The notes: generated by a model from the letters alone, not told the origin. A stretch of DNA of 64,000 bases from an uncultured Acidobacteriota bacterium (GCA_963796275.1 CAWCKY010000001.1:384001-448000); one strand, 5' to 3'; positions 1 through 9,522 are shown, counted from the first letter of the stretch. Program-made: numbers and translations.

Positions 1-251
1 ATGCGACCGCGCCCGCCCCAGGTCCTAATAACATCATCAACATTCTGACCAAACGCGCGAAGATGGAAGGCTTTATCGTGATCGATTATTTGCATCGCGC
101 CCACGAGGCCATACCGGAGTTGACCAAGTGGTACATGGAAGGCCGACTCAAATACCGCGTGGACGTCGTCGAAGGGCTGGAAAATGCGCCCCGCGCAGTC
201 AATAAACTCTTCGACGGATCGAATCAAGGCAAGTTGATCATCAAGATTTGA
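1..251 (+). CDS. NADP-dependent oxidoreductase (MDR, CurA/prostaglandin reductase-like), C-terminal part, 5'-truncated
   Basis: Frame open from position 3: ATAPAPGPNN..KRAKMEGFIVIDY..GLENAPRA..LFDGSNQGKLII, the typical C-terminus of this family. Confidence 0.85.
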   Translation, partial: ATAPAPGPNNIINILTKRAKMEGFIVIDYLHRAHEAIPELTKWYMEGRLKYRVDVVEGLENAPRAVNKLFDGSNQGKLIIKI

Positions 252-278
252 AGTACTTATAAAATAGGAGAAAGTGTA

Positions 279-599
279 GTGACTGAACAGAACAGGAATT
301 TTACTATCGAAGAATTTACAGACGGGATGCGAGAAAGACTCGGCGAAAATTCCGGCCTGGATGCCACTATCAAGTTCGTCTTCAACGATGGGGGAATTAT
401 CTTCATTGACGGCAAGTCGATACCGAACAATGTGACTAACAATGATGGCCCGGCAGACGTGACGTTGAAGATGTCGATTGACACCTTGAACAAGCTTCAG
501 CGTAAAGAAGTCAATCCGATGATGGCTGCGATGGTGGGTCAGATCAAAGTGGAAGGAAACGTTATGGTAGCGATGAAGCTGGATCAAATCTTGGGATGA
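279..599 (+). CDS. SCP2 sterol-binding domain protein
   Basis: 106 aa; ADVTLKMS..NPMMAAMVGQIKVEGNVMVAMKL matches the SCP2 C-terminal pattern; AGGAG RBS before GTG. Confidence 0.85.
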   Translation: MTEQNRNFTIEEFTDGMRERLGENSGLDATIKFVFNDGGIIFIDGKSIPNNVTNNDGPADVTLKMSIDTLNKLQRKEVNPMMAAMVGQIKVEGNVMVAMKLDQILG

Positions 600-725
600 A
601 TGGGAAAACCGACCATCGGTTGTCTTCGATTTTGCCGGTCTGTGACTTAGGAAGTAATGTCGAAAAGGCTTCGGCTCGAGGGATATAGGGTGATTGAGGG
701 CTGGATAGCGATCTGTAATTACAAC

Positions 726-762
726 GAGTGACGGGTGGCAAATGGTCTTGCCCCCGTCACTC
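726..762. terminator. Stem-loop between convergent SCP2 gene and lanA array
   Basis: GAGTGACGGG(T)GGCAA-6 nt-TTGCCCCCGTCACTC inverted repeat; no strong U-tract. Confidence 0.5.
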
Positions 763-885
763 ACCTGGGTATACTGACGGATGGCTCGCCCAAATAAAGT
801 AACTTATTTTCAGGAAGCCACTTGATCCTGTAAGACTCAGACAGGCACATCAGAGTCCGATAGATCAAAAATCCGTCAACCTATT

Positions 886-1092
886 TCAGCGGTTGCTACA
901 AGAGGGGGCACAACCATTGATGCCGAATACTACAACTGTGCCGAATATGGTATAAGGCTCTTTAGAATCCATACGCGAAACCTCCACCACACCGGCGGGA
1001 TTTTCCGGCAATGCTCGTAGTTCATCAGCACTCAAACTCATACGATAGTCATCGTCTTTCCAAGCGCGGATGATTTTGTCTGTTTCATGCAT
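886..1092 (-). CDS. Class II lanthipeptide precursor LanA3 (mersacidin/lichenicidin-type leader), divergent core
   Basis: Leader IIRAWKDDDYRMSLS..LPENPAGVVEVS; C-terminal PYTIFGTVVVFGINGCAPSCSNR with Thr/Ser and 2 Cys; AAAAGGAG RBS. Confidence 0.88.
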   Translation of the reverse strand: MHETDKIIRAWKDDDYRMSLSADELRALPENPAGVVEVSRMDSKEPYTIFGTVVVFGINGCAPSCSNR

Positions 1093-1125
1093 AACTAAAC
1101 TCCTTTTGTAATGTGGTTGATCGGG

Positions 1126-1311
1126 TTAGCAAAATGGAGTGAAACCGAATTGACTGGTAAAGAAACGGCCCGAAGCGCTATTTAAAATTGACTCGGAAAC
1201 CTCCACCACTCCGGCGGGGTTCTCGGGCAATTTCTGCTGCTCTTCAGCGCCCAAGTCCATGCGATATTCGTCATCTTTCCAAGCACGAATGATTATTTCT
1301 ACATCCTGCAT
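1126..1311 (-). CDS. Class II lanthipeptide precursor LanA2
   Basis: IIRAWKDDEYR..LPENPAG leader; ends ASGR-FFTSQFGFTPFC; AAAAGGAG RBS. Confidence 0.88.
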   Translation of the reverse strand: MQDVEIIIRAWKDDEYRMDLGAEEQQKLPENPAGVVEVSESILNSASGRFFTSQFGFTPFC

Positions 1312-1344
1312 AATTAAACTCCTTTTGTAATGTGGTTGATCGTT

Positions 1345-1530
1345 TTAGCAACTGGGAGTGAAAGCGAGTTGACTGGTAAAGAAACGGCTCGAAGCATTAT
1401 TTAAAATCGACTCGGAAACCTCCACCACTCCGGCGGGGTTCTCGGGCAATTTCTGCTGCTCATCAGCGCCCAAGTCCATGCGATATTCGTCATCTTTCCA
1501 AGCACGAATGATTATTTCTACATCCTGCAT
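1345..1530 (-). CDS. Class II lanthipeptide precursor LanA1
   Basis: 55/61 aa identical to LanA2; ends ASSR-FFTSQLAFTPSC; directly downstream of lanM. Confidence 0.88.
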   Translation of the reverse strand: MQDVEIIIRAWKDDEYRMDLGADEQQKLPENPAGVVEVSESILNNASSRFFTSQLAFTPSC

Positions 1531-1724
1531 AACTAAACTCCTTTTGTAATATAGTTTATGTGTTAATAGCCCGACCGAACTTAGACAATGAGTCCAGGGT
1601 TATTATCTGATTCTCAATGTCCAGGCCGTATCTGACCATTGCGATTGAGGGGGAGCGTAGCAAGTGCTTCATCAGTCCAGTTCTGTAATTGGTAGCTTCC
1701 AGCCTCTGATTCAAAACACAAAGA

Positions 1725-4700
1725 TTACGTTGATAGCGTAAGAACCGAAGGAATACGAACTGGCTCGGCTATGCGCAACAACCCATAACCGATGCCGGCC
1801 AGTCCTGTCATCAGCCCCGCTGATTCAACCCCCGCGGCCACGCCACAGGAGGGCCCATGAATTTCCAAATCCTGGAGGATGATGGCCGAGAGGCGTCCAA
1901 TATTCGTCCCCAGCGTCCCATCGTCGTCATCCAGTTTGGCACGAGCCTCTAATAGAAATTCGAGATTACCCAGGTCTCCATGACACAAAGAATGGTTATG
2001 ACCGAACCCATAGTCGAGCGTGCGTTCCAGGGCAGCTCGTATCTCTGCGCGCGTCTCTTCGTCATCGAGCTGTGTGAGCGAGTCAAGTCGCCCCAGTCCG
2101 ATTCCAGGTGCGCCGTGGCACCAGGCCGTCATAATATGCTCCTGCTCGTCTTGTGCTGCAGGGCTCTGCGGTTGACCCTGACTCGGAGCTAACCACCCCC
2201 GATCTGATGGCGAAAAGAGGCTCCGCTCATACTCGATAGCTGCGACTGCTGCACTGCGATAGCAATCCACACTGGCACTGGCCACACCGGTCGCCGCCGC
2301 CAACTTCAAAAGCGCCCAGGCAATACCCGCGGCCCCATGCGAGAAGCCCGGCAACGGGGTCTCTCCCATAACTCGCCCGCACCAACCTAGGCCCTGCTCC
2401 ATCGGTTTACCACAGGCGATCAGTCGATCTCCGCACTGAGCGGCGACGGCCAGACTGCGTGGCGACCCGGTGAAGTGATGTAAGCTCAGCAACCCGCCGA
2501 TGCAGCCGGCAGAACCCGCGATTACGTCATAGTTCTCATCCCTCTCGATCAGATGGGAAACCAGATCGATGAGGTCTTCCGCTTGCTCGAAGAAAACCTT
2601 CTCACGCCATAGCGCCCCGAGACGCGTCAGGGCATAGATCACTCCCCCCCAACCGCTAAAGCCGCCAATCGAGATCGATGACCGCAGTCTCTCAACTTGT
2701 CGTTCCATCTTTCTGGAAGCGGCTCGCGCCAGAGCGGTGTAACGCTCTTCCCCGGTGATGTCTCCCAGGCAGGCGAGAAAAAGAGTAACGCCCGGCACAC
2801 CGCCATAGAGATCGACTCCCAATGGCCTCAACGACCAGGAGCGTTCATTGACCGAGGTCAAGCCGATCCAGGTAGCATCGTCTCCGCCGCGTATAGCCAG
2901 CTGCTCCAAACGATCCCCAATCCGGCTCGCCATTTTCAGAAGGGCCGCACGCTCAACCGGGGATGAAGGAGATTGCGGCTCGGATGTGCGAGACATCGGT
3001 CCCCGATAACGCGACAGATCCAGAGAGGGCGACGTCAATGAAGCGCGAATGAACCATAGCTGTCTCTCCCAATCTTCCCCGCTCAACTCTGAGACCAGAG
3101 CGCGCGTCCGGTCCAGCCCCGATTCCTGCATCCAGCCCGGAATCCGCCGGCCGGCGCTGCTCCATAAATCGAGGGCAGAGACGCGGGTGGTGAAGATCGG
3201 GATGTCGCCGCGTTGTAGATCGTCGCGCTCATCTGGAATCACGCGAGCCAGCTCAGGCTCGTGCTCCGCAGCCACCCAGAGCTGGTCGAAGAATCGCTCA
3301 CGGTCAAGTCCGCGACGCAACAGATTGGGATGATGGCTCTCGTGCAGCAGGCGGCCGTAAGTGAGGGTTGGACGCAAGATGACGCGAACCTCGTCATCTG
3401 CAAAACGCGCCAGAGGACCGTTTTCAGCCAATAGCTCACGACTATGGTTTTGAAGTGCGCGATAGATGCTCGTGAAGCCGGCAACAATGGCCTCGCTGAA
3501 TTCCGGCAAGTCAACTTCAGCCCCGTTTAGAGATGCCCGATTCTGCCCGGGCGGTATCACTTTTCGCTTGCGCGAAATCTTCATCTCATCAGTTCCGGCC
3601 TCTTCCACCTGGGGTACTTCGAACGGAGTGAGTTGGCCGGGAGCCCCGCCCAGGCCGCTGAGATCAACCCCTTGCCCTTCTTCGTCGAGCCATATTTGAC
3701 GGGGAAGCAGGCCGACGCGCAACACAGATCGTTCCATACACTCATCGGCCAACCAATCCGATTCGGTTCCTGGAGCAGAGACGAGGGCAGGATGAAAGAG
3801 CGATTCCAGATCGACCGGAACCGGATGCTCTCCGGCAGCAATCAGGTTCTCCAGATGAAAATCGGTGGCTCGAAGCACATAGAGCAACGCGAGATATTCG
3901 CCCTGGCGTCGATAAAAGCGTTCGACCTCAGCCATAGATGAGCAGCTTGCGGGAGCAACAAATTCTTCCCATCCATACTTTCCGCGATCGAGCACCTTCA
4001 GTGTTCGCAGCGGCGGATCGGCGCCGCGTTCATTCAACCACTCGAGCAGTTCCTGAAAGTGAAGATCAACCGCGAGCGATCTTGGTTTATAGACGATCTT
4101 GAAACCGGAGCTGAACGCCGCAATCAACACGGAACGCCCTTCCCTATGTGAATCTCCGTTTCCGGTCTGTATCTCCGACAAGACTCCCAGGTCCAGCCCC
4201 GCACCAAACTCCGTCTGTATAACATCCCAGTCATGACAGAGGTGCTGCAGGAATTCGAGACTGTAGTTGAGCCAGCAATCGATGCGAGTCGTGATCTGCC
4301 GTGCCAGCACCGGGTACTCTTCCAACAACGCCAACATCCTGTCCGAATTACGCAGATTCTCCAGAAAACTGTTGAATCTCGCTTCCGGGGTATCCCCGCT
4401 AAGCTGGCCGCGTAGCCGCGCGACATTGAGCTCAAGGATCAACGTCGGCACTAGCATTTGAACGATCGGTCGCAACAGGCCCGGGATAAATTTGGCATCG
4501 ATGGTTTGCGGGTCGAAAGGCAATCTCCGCTGCTCCCGAATCATCGCTTCAATCCCGGCGCGTAGACGATCGAGCGCGTGACTGAGCAGCGGTTCGATTA
4601 CAAACAAAAACTTCCATTGATCCGGCCCGGTCTTCCCATCCAGCGAAGCGGTTGCTAACTCGAGTCTACCGTTCCACTCATTCTGATCGCTCTTGTCGCT

Positions 4701-5003
4701 GAAAGCCTCGCTCAGTTGCCGAAGCCAGGCGGGTGGAATTGGACAACGCTCATGCAGCGACTCAACCGTCTCTCCCAACAAATATTTCAACTCTTCTTCA
4801 GTGATTCCGTCCATATCCAACCGCTGAAAGAAGAGTGCATCTTTGTCGAAAGGAGCCTGTGAGCGCCATCTTTCCAGCAGCCGCTCGGCGCGCTCGCTCT
4901 CTATTTCTCGTGATGATGATGATGGATGTGGGTAAGCGCGCAACGATGTACGGCGCTCTGTGAGAGTCAATGCCTCATACCAGGCAAGAGATCGTGCAAT
5001 CAT
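1725..5003 (-). CDS. lanM: Class II lanthipeptide synthetase LanM
   Basis: Dehydratase motifs VYKPR, TDFHLENLIA, VDLESLF, RVILRPT..Y; LanC-like cyclase motifs GFSHGAAG, WCHGAPG, LCHGDLG, GLMTGLAGIGY. Confidence 0.95.
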   Translation of the reverse strand: MIARSLAWYEALTLTERRTSLRAYPHPSSSSREIESERAERLLERWRSQAPFDKDALFFQRLDMDGITEEELKYLLGETVESLHERCPIPPAWLRQLSEAFSDKSDQNEWNGRLELATASLDGKTGPDQWKFLFVIEPLLSHALDRLRAGIEAMIREQRRLPFDPQTIDAKFIPGLLRPIVQMLVPTLILELNVARLRGQLSGDTPEARFNSFLENLRNSDRMLALLEEYPVLARQITTRIDCWLNYSLEFLQHLCHDWDVIQTEFGAGLDLGVLSEIQTGNGDSHREGRSVLIAAFSSGFKIVYKPRSLAVDLHFQELLEWLNERGADPPLRTLKVLDRGKYGWEEFVAPASCSSMAEVERFYRRQGEYLALLYVLRATDFHLENLIAAGEHPVPVDLESLFHPALVSAPGTESDWLADECMERSVLRVGLLPRQIWLDEEGQGVDLSGLGGAPGQLTPFEVPQVEEAGTDEMKISRKRKVIPPGQNRASLNGAEVDLPEFSEAIVAGFTSIYRALQNHSRELLAENGPLARFADDEVRVILRPTLTYGRLLHESHHPNLLRRGLDRERFFDQLWVAAEHEPELARVIPDERDDLQRGDIPIFTTRVSALDLWSSAGRRIPGWMQESGLDRTRALVSELSGEDWERQLWFIRASLTSPSLDLSRYRGPMSRTSEPQSPSSPVERAALLKMASRIGDRLEQLAIRGGDDATWIGLTSVNERSWSLRPLGVDLYGGVPGVTLFLACLGDITGEERYTALARAASRKMERQVERLRSSISIGGFSGWGGVIYALTRLGALWREKVFFEQAEDLIDLVSHLIERDENYDVIAGSAGCIGGLLSLHHFTGSPRSLAVAAQCGDRLIACGKPMEQGLGWCGRVMGETPLPGFSHGAAGIAWALLKLAAATGVASASVDCYRSAAVAAIEYERSLFSPSDRGWLAPSQGQPQSPAAQDEQEHIMTAWCHGAPGIGLGRLDSLTQLDDEETRAEIRAALERTLDYGFGHNHSLCHGDLGNLEFLLEARAKLDDDDGTLGTNIGRLSAIILQDLEIHGPSCGVAAGVESAGLMTGLAGIGYGLLRIAEPVRIPSVLTLST

Positions 5004-5225
5004 CAGGAATGAGCTCTAATTGAATTTGAAGATGTTTTATTTGATGCTGCGAGGCATTCAGCATCGGGGGAGGAGAGATTGAGATAAGTCATCCCACAAC
5101 AAAAGTGCAGTAGAACACGATTATGTCACGTGTTTTTTTTTGAACATTGAGTCGATTCTTTCTAATCTGAACCATCTAGTCGGGCGATGGCGGTTGGGGG
5201 GGATGGCTGAAGATCAAGCGAATCA

Positions 5226-5272
5226 GCATAGTAGCTGCTCAGCACATTCATGGGCCTGAGCAGCTACTATGC
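5226..5272. terminator. Perfect 17-bp inverted repeat downstream of the M2 peptidase gene
   Basis: GCATAGTAGCTGCTCAG-13 nt-CTGAGCAGCTACTATGC. Confidence 0.6.
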
Positions 5273-5284
5273 ATATTTTAGAAG

Positions 5285-7126
5285 TTAATTATTTTTAGCG
5301 ATGGCCTGGTTCTGCTGATCGAGCCATGTCTTCAGTGGTTTGAAATAATCGAGGATGGCCGTCGCATCCATCTTGTCTTCACCGGTGAGCGCCTTGAGAG
5401 CCTCCGGCCACGGCCGGCTCTGCCCCATGGCCAGCATCTTCTTCAGCTTCTCTCCTACTTGTTTGTTATCGTAGATCGAACAGCGATTGAGAGGCCCCTG
5501 ATATCCGGCTTCGCGGCAGAGGGCGCGATGAAATTGAAATTGCAGGATATGCGCAAGGAAGTATCGCGAATATGGTACATTGGCCGGAACGTGATATTTG
5601 GCCCCGGGGTCGAAATCGGCTTCACTCGTCGGTGACGGCCGCGTTATCCCCTGATATTTTTCGCGCAGGTCCCACCAGGCTTTGTTGTAATCTCCCGCTC
5701 CAACTTCGCCGGAAAACACCTTCCATCGCCACTGATCGACCAGGTAGCCGAACGGCAGAAAGGCGACTTTGTCGAGAGCGAGTCTCATCAATAACGAGAT
5801 GTCGGCTTTCTCGTCGGGCGCTTTATCAATCAAGCCGATCTTTTTCAAGTACTCGGGAGTTACGGAAAGCGCGATCGTGTCACCGATCGCTTCGTGGAAT
5901 CCGTCATTGGCGCTTCCCTGATAGAGCGGCGGCTGCGGCGCATATGCCATTTGATAATAGTTGTGCCCGAGCTCGTGATGAATGGTCGTGAAATCCTCGT
6001 CGTTGATCTTGATGCACATCTTCAGCCGCACGTCCTTCTGACTATCGATATCCCATGCGCTGGCGTGGCAGACGACCTCGCGATCTTGCGGTTTTAAAAA
6101 CAATGAACGGTTCCAGAAAGTATCGGGTAAAGGGTCGAAACCCAGGGAGGTGAAAAACGATTCACCGTATTTCACCATCTGTTTTGCATCTGTCTTTTTG
6201 GCAGTGAGGATTTTCGTCAAGTCATACGTTGGCGCGCTCGCCTCAGGTTTGACGATGTCATAGATGTTGCCCCATTGCTGGCTCCACATATTCCCGAAAA
6301 GATGAGCCGGGATCGGTCCGGTCGCGGGCACAACGGCATCGCCGTATTTCTGCCGCAATTTCGTGCGGACATAAGTATGTAGAGAATCGTAGAGCGGCTT
6401 AACCTGCTGCCACAGGCGCTCCATTTCGGCAGCGAAGGCATCGGGCTCCATGTCGTAATTCGATCGCCACATCGCGCCCAGGTCTTTAAATCCCATCTCA
6501 CGCGCCCCTTTGTTACCCAGGGAGACGAAGCGTGCATAATCTTTTCTGTATTGAGGCGAGATTCGGTGCCACCCTAGCCAGACTTTCTTCAATTCTTCCG
6601 GATTACGGCTGCCGGCCAGTATTGTCTCCAGTTCACCCAGGCTCAAGCATTTGCCATTTTCGCCATCGGGACAATATTTGCCCTTACCGTATAAGCTCTC
6701 CATCTTGACGACGGTTTCGGTCAATTCCTTTCGCTCGTTAGGATCGCTCGGAGCGGGCAAGGGAACGGCGAGCTTCAAAAGCTTGATTTTACGCGAGATA
6801 TCCTCAGGCAAGGTGAGCCCATCGAACTTTCTCGACACCTCGGCCAGCTCTTTGATCGTCTTAGTGAGCTCATCGGTCGCCTCGGCAGCGATTATCTCAG
6901 TGTCATCGGTAATGAAGTTGCTCTGAATCCAACTGGCGCGGCCGGCTTTGATAGACGTATCCAAATATCGCTTCTCTGCATCAGCCATGAACTTCTCGGC
7001 ATCGGCATCGGTCGAGTTTGAAGCAGACGGCCCGGTCGCACACGAGATGCAGAAAGAGAACAATAAAGGGAACAGCCATATTCTGCGGTAATTGATATTA
7101 TCAAGGAATGAAAAAACTTTCGTCAT
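5285..7126 (-). CDS. M2 family peptidyl-dipeptidase (ACE-like zinc metallopeptidase), probably exported or lipoprotein
   Basis: HHELGH zinc motif, GFHEAIGD, VVCHASAWD, GNMWSQQW, FDPGAKYHVP; hydrophobic N-terminus with ISC. Confidence 0.93.
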   Translation of the reverse strand: MTKVFSFLDNINYRRIWLFPLLFSFCISCATGPSASNSTDADAEKFMADAEKRYLDTSIKAGRASWIQSNFITDDTEIIAAEATDELTKTIKELAEVSRKFDGLTLPEDISRKIKLLKLAVPLPAPSDPNERKELTETVVKMESLYGKGKYCPDGENGKCLSLGELETILAGSRNPEELKKVWLGWHRISPQYRKDYARFVSLGNKGAREMGFKDLGAMWRSNYDMEPDAFAAEMERLWQQVKPLYDSLHTYVRTKLRQKYGDAVVPATGPIPAHLFGNMWSQQWGNIYDIVKPEASAPTYDLTKILTAKKTDAKQMVKYGESFFTSLGFDPLPDTFWNRSLFLKPQDREVVCHASAWDIDSQKDVRLKMCIKINDEDFTTIHHELGHNYYQMAYAPQPPLYQGSANDGFHEAIGDTIALSVTPEYLKKIGLIDKAPDEKADISLLMRLALDKVAFLPFGYLVDQWRWKVFSGEVGAGDYNKAWWDLREKYQGITRPSPTSEADFDPGAKYHVPANVPYSRYFLAHILQFQFHRALCREAGYQGPLNRCSIYDNKQVGEKLKKMLAMGQSRPWPEALKALTGEDKMDATAILDYFKPLKTWLDQQNQAIAKNN

Positions 7127-7154
7127 AAAATACCTCCGATTCGAATTCGCGGCA

Positions 7155-7940
7155 TTACACCATCAACTGTCCGCCATTGATTTCGATCATTTCCCCGCTA
7201 ATGTAACTCGCCGCATCAGAAGCGAGAAATGCGATCACGCGACCGCACTCTTCCGCCGTACCAAGACGGCTCAAGGGAATGACGTTGACAAATTGCTGTA
7301 ATAATTCGGGAGTCGACATCCGTTCGTGGAATGGAGTCTCGATTACGCCGGGAGCTACACCGTTGACGCGAACGCCGAATGGCGCGAGTTCCTTCGCCAG
7401 ACCTTTGGTCAAACACATAACCCCCGCTTTCGCCGAAGCATAGATCGCTGCCCCCGGACCGCCGCCGTGGTGCCCTGCAATAGAGCCGACGTTGATGATC
7501 GTACCGCGTTTTCGCTCCATCATCTCAAGCATCACAGCTTGTGAGCAGAGCAGCACGCTTTTGAAATTGAGATTGATTACGCGATCCCACATCTCCTCGG
7601 TGAAATCGAGTAATGAGCAGCGTTGAATCAAGTCGCCCGCATTATTTACCAGAATATCGATCGGGCCGAACTTCGCACGCGTTTCCTCAACGACCTTTTG
7701 CGCTCCTTTTTTCAACGAAACATCGGCTTGAATGATTATCGCCCGCCCGGACGCTTCCTCGATAATCCGTTTGGTCTCATCTGCACCTGCCTGGTTGCGA
7801 TGATAGTTGATCGCGACGGCCGCGCCGCACTCAGCTAAAGCTATGGCCGACCATCTGCCGATTCCAGTGCTCGCGCCGGTGACGATCGCCACGCGGCCGC
7901 TCAGGTCTTGTTTGTTCATTTTCGCTCCTCTGGAATGCAT
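7155..7940 (-). CDS. SDR family oxidoreductase
   Basis: TGASTGIG, NNAG, YASAK, VNGVAPG. Confidence 0.92.
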   Translation of the reverse strand: MHSRGAKMNKQDLSGRVAIVTGASTGIGRWSAIALAECGAAVAINYHRNQAGADETKRIIEEASGRAIIIQADVSLKKGAQKVVEETRAKFGPIDILVNNAGDLIQRCSLLDFTEEMWDRVINLNFKSVLLCSQAVMLEMMERKRGTIINVGSIAGHHGGGPGAAIYASAKAGVMCLTKGLAKELAPFGVRVNGVAPGVIETPFHERMSTPELLQQFVNVIPLSRLGTAEECGRVIAFLASDAASYISGEMIEINGGQLMV

Positions 7941-7976
7941 CGCATATTTCTCCTCTAGTATTAACGCAAGTAACGA

Positions 7977-9137
7977 TTAGGTAATACGCCCTACATTTCC
8001 ATTGATAATTGTTTCTACAACATCGAAAGTTTTCCCCAGCTCATCCCATCGAAATAACACGATATCTGCTCGCCGGCCGATTTCGATTGAACCGAACCTG
8101 TCGGCCACGCCCAGCAATTCTGCCGGATTTCCGCTGGCCATACGCAGGGCTTCATCGAGAGATGCATCCGAATAACGAACTGTCTTCGCCACCGCATCGT
8201 TCATCTCCAAGACCGAACCCGCGAGGTATGGAGTCCCCGGTAAACAGACGCGCCGTTCCGAGGTAACTTCAACCGCAACGCTGCCGAGTCGGTAGTGCCC
8301 CGGTGGCCTACCCGCCGCTGCGATCGCATCAGTCACCAGGATGCTACGTGCGGTTGTTTTACAACGCAAGAAACATTTGACGACCGATGGCGGCAGATGA
8401 TGCCCGTCGACTATGAAACTTGCAAAAAGTTCATCTGCTGCCAATTGCTCCCAGATGTAATTTGGATGCCGGTCGATCCTGGCGTGCGACCCGTTACCTA
8501 GATGGGTAGAGAGTCTGGCTCCCGCTCTCACTGCATCGAGTATTTGACGCTGCGTAGCGGCGGTATGACCGATTGCGGCGATAACGCCCGCGGCTGTCGC
8601 ACGCTCGATAAAATCGAGGCTCTCCGGCCATTCAGGTGAAAGCGTGATGATTCTGATCCGGCCTTCCGCCGCCTCCTGCCAGCGCTTGAACTGATCCAAA
8701 TCGGGCGGTCGCACGTGCTCGCGCGGATGAGCCCCTCGCGGCCCGTCTTCCGGCGAAATGAATGGTCCCTCAAGATGTATACCGAGCATTGCTCGCCTGA
8801 ACCCCGGTGATTCATCAGCAGCGCGAATGAGATTGGAGAGACAATCGGTGATCTGTTCGCTTGATCCGGTTATTACGGTGGGACAAAAATTGGTAACACC
8901 AGTTCGCCTGAGTAGCTGTGGAGCTGATGCGATCTGGCCCGCGCTTACGGTCGGGTCGTTGAAATCGACCCCGTCGTATCCGTTTATCTGAAGGTCAATC
9001 AGACCGGGTGCAATACGCAGGTCCAAATCACCGAGATCAGCCGGAGAAGAGATTTCTGCGGAGCGAATTTCGCTGATCACGCCCTCACTGATGAACAGAT
9101 CGACCGGATTTTCCCCCAACTTGCCCCTGATTTTCAT
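7977..9137 (-). CDS. nagA: N-acetylglucosamine-6-phosphate deacetylase family amidohydrolase
   Basis: PGLIDLQING, GIHLEGPF, IGHT, THLGN, DGHH, LVTDA, LAGS. Confidence 0.8.
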   Translation of the reverse strand: MKIRGKLGENPVDLFISEGVISEIRSAEISSPADLGDLDLRIAPGLIDLQINGYDGVDFNDPTVSAGQIASAPQLLRRTGVTNFCPTVITGSSEQITDCLSNLIRAADESPGFRRAMLGIHLEGPFISPEDGPRGAHPREHVRPPDLDQFKRWQEAAEGRIRIITLSPEWPESLDFIERATAAGVIAAIGHTAATQRQILDAVRAGARLSTHLGNGSHARIDRHPNYIWEQLAADELFASFIVDGHHLPPSVVKCFLRCKTTARSILVTDAIAAAGRPPGHYRLGSVAVEVTSERRVCLPGTPYLAGSVLEMNDAVAKTVRYSDASLDEALRMASGNPAELLGVADRFGSIEIGRRADIVLFRWDELGKTFDVVETIINGNVGRIT

Positions 9138-9256
9138 TGCGACTCAATCCTGAATTTATGCGGGGGAATAAAAAAGTCAAAAATGCAAAACCGGCAAAAA
9201 TTCTGGTGCTTCGTGTTTTTGCAACTTGTTGGCGTTTGTTCTACCTGCCCTTCGAA

Positions 9257-9517
9257 TCAGACTCCAATAGTAGTCAGCCAATATCCCAGGATGAGCAATA
9301 ATGCTACCCATAGCCAGGCAGCCAGGAACCCTAGGACATCCAGGCGATAGCGCCGGTAACTGAATGTTTGCGGTAGCCGCAGTAAATCGACGATCATCAG
9401 GGAATGGCCATCTTCTTCAAGCCTCGACTGCGGAATCGGGGGGACGATATCCGATACCTTCCGGGTTTCAATCTCGTCGATCTGTTCAACCTGAATATTT
9501 TTATCTTCTGAGTTCAT
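9257..9517 (-). CDS. Small single-TM membrane protein coupled to the symporter gene
   Basis: 86 aa; starts 5 nt after the symporter stop with TAGGAGAG RBS; C-terminal hydrophobic helix. Confidence 0.65.
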   Translation of the reverse strand: MNSEDKNIQVEQIDEIETRKVSDIVPPIPQSRLEEDGHSLMIVDLLRLPQTFSYRRYRLDVLGFLAAWLWVALLLILGYWLTTIGV

Positions 9518-9522
9518 CTCTC

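Larger units (their letters stand above)
1093..1550 (-). repeat. Tandem 219-bp duplication unit (precursor gene plus 33-bp spacer carrying the RBS)
   Basis: Spacers 1093-1125 and 1312-1344 nearly identical (aaYtaaactccttttgtaatgtggttgatcg); the same RBS block recurs at 1531-1550. Confidence 0.9.

Noticed and set aside
1093-1550. Regularly spaced near-identical ~33-bp sequences resembling CRISPR repeats
   Set aside because: The intervening 186-bp units are homologous lanA genes and the repeats are their RBS spacers; no cas genes
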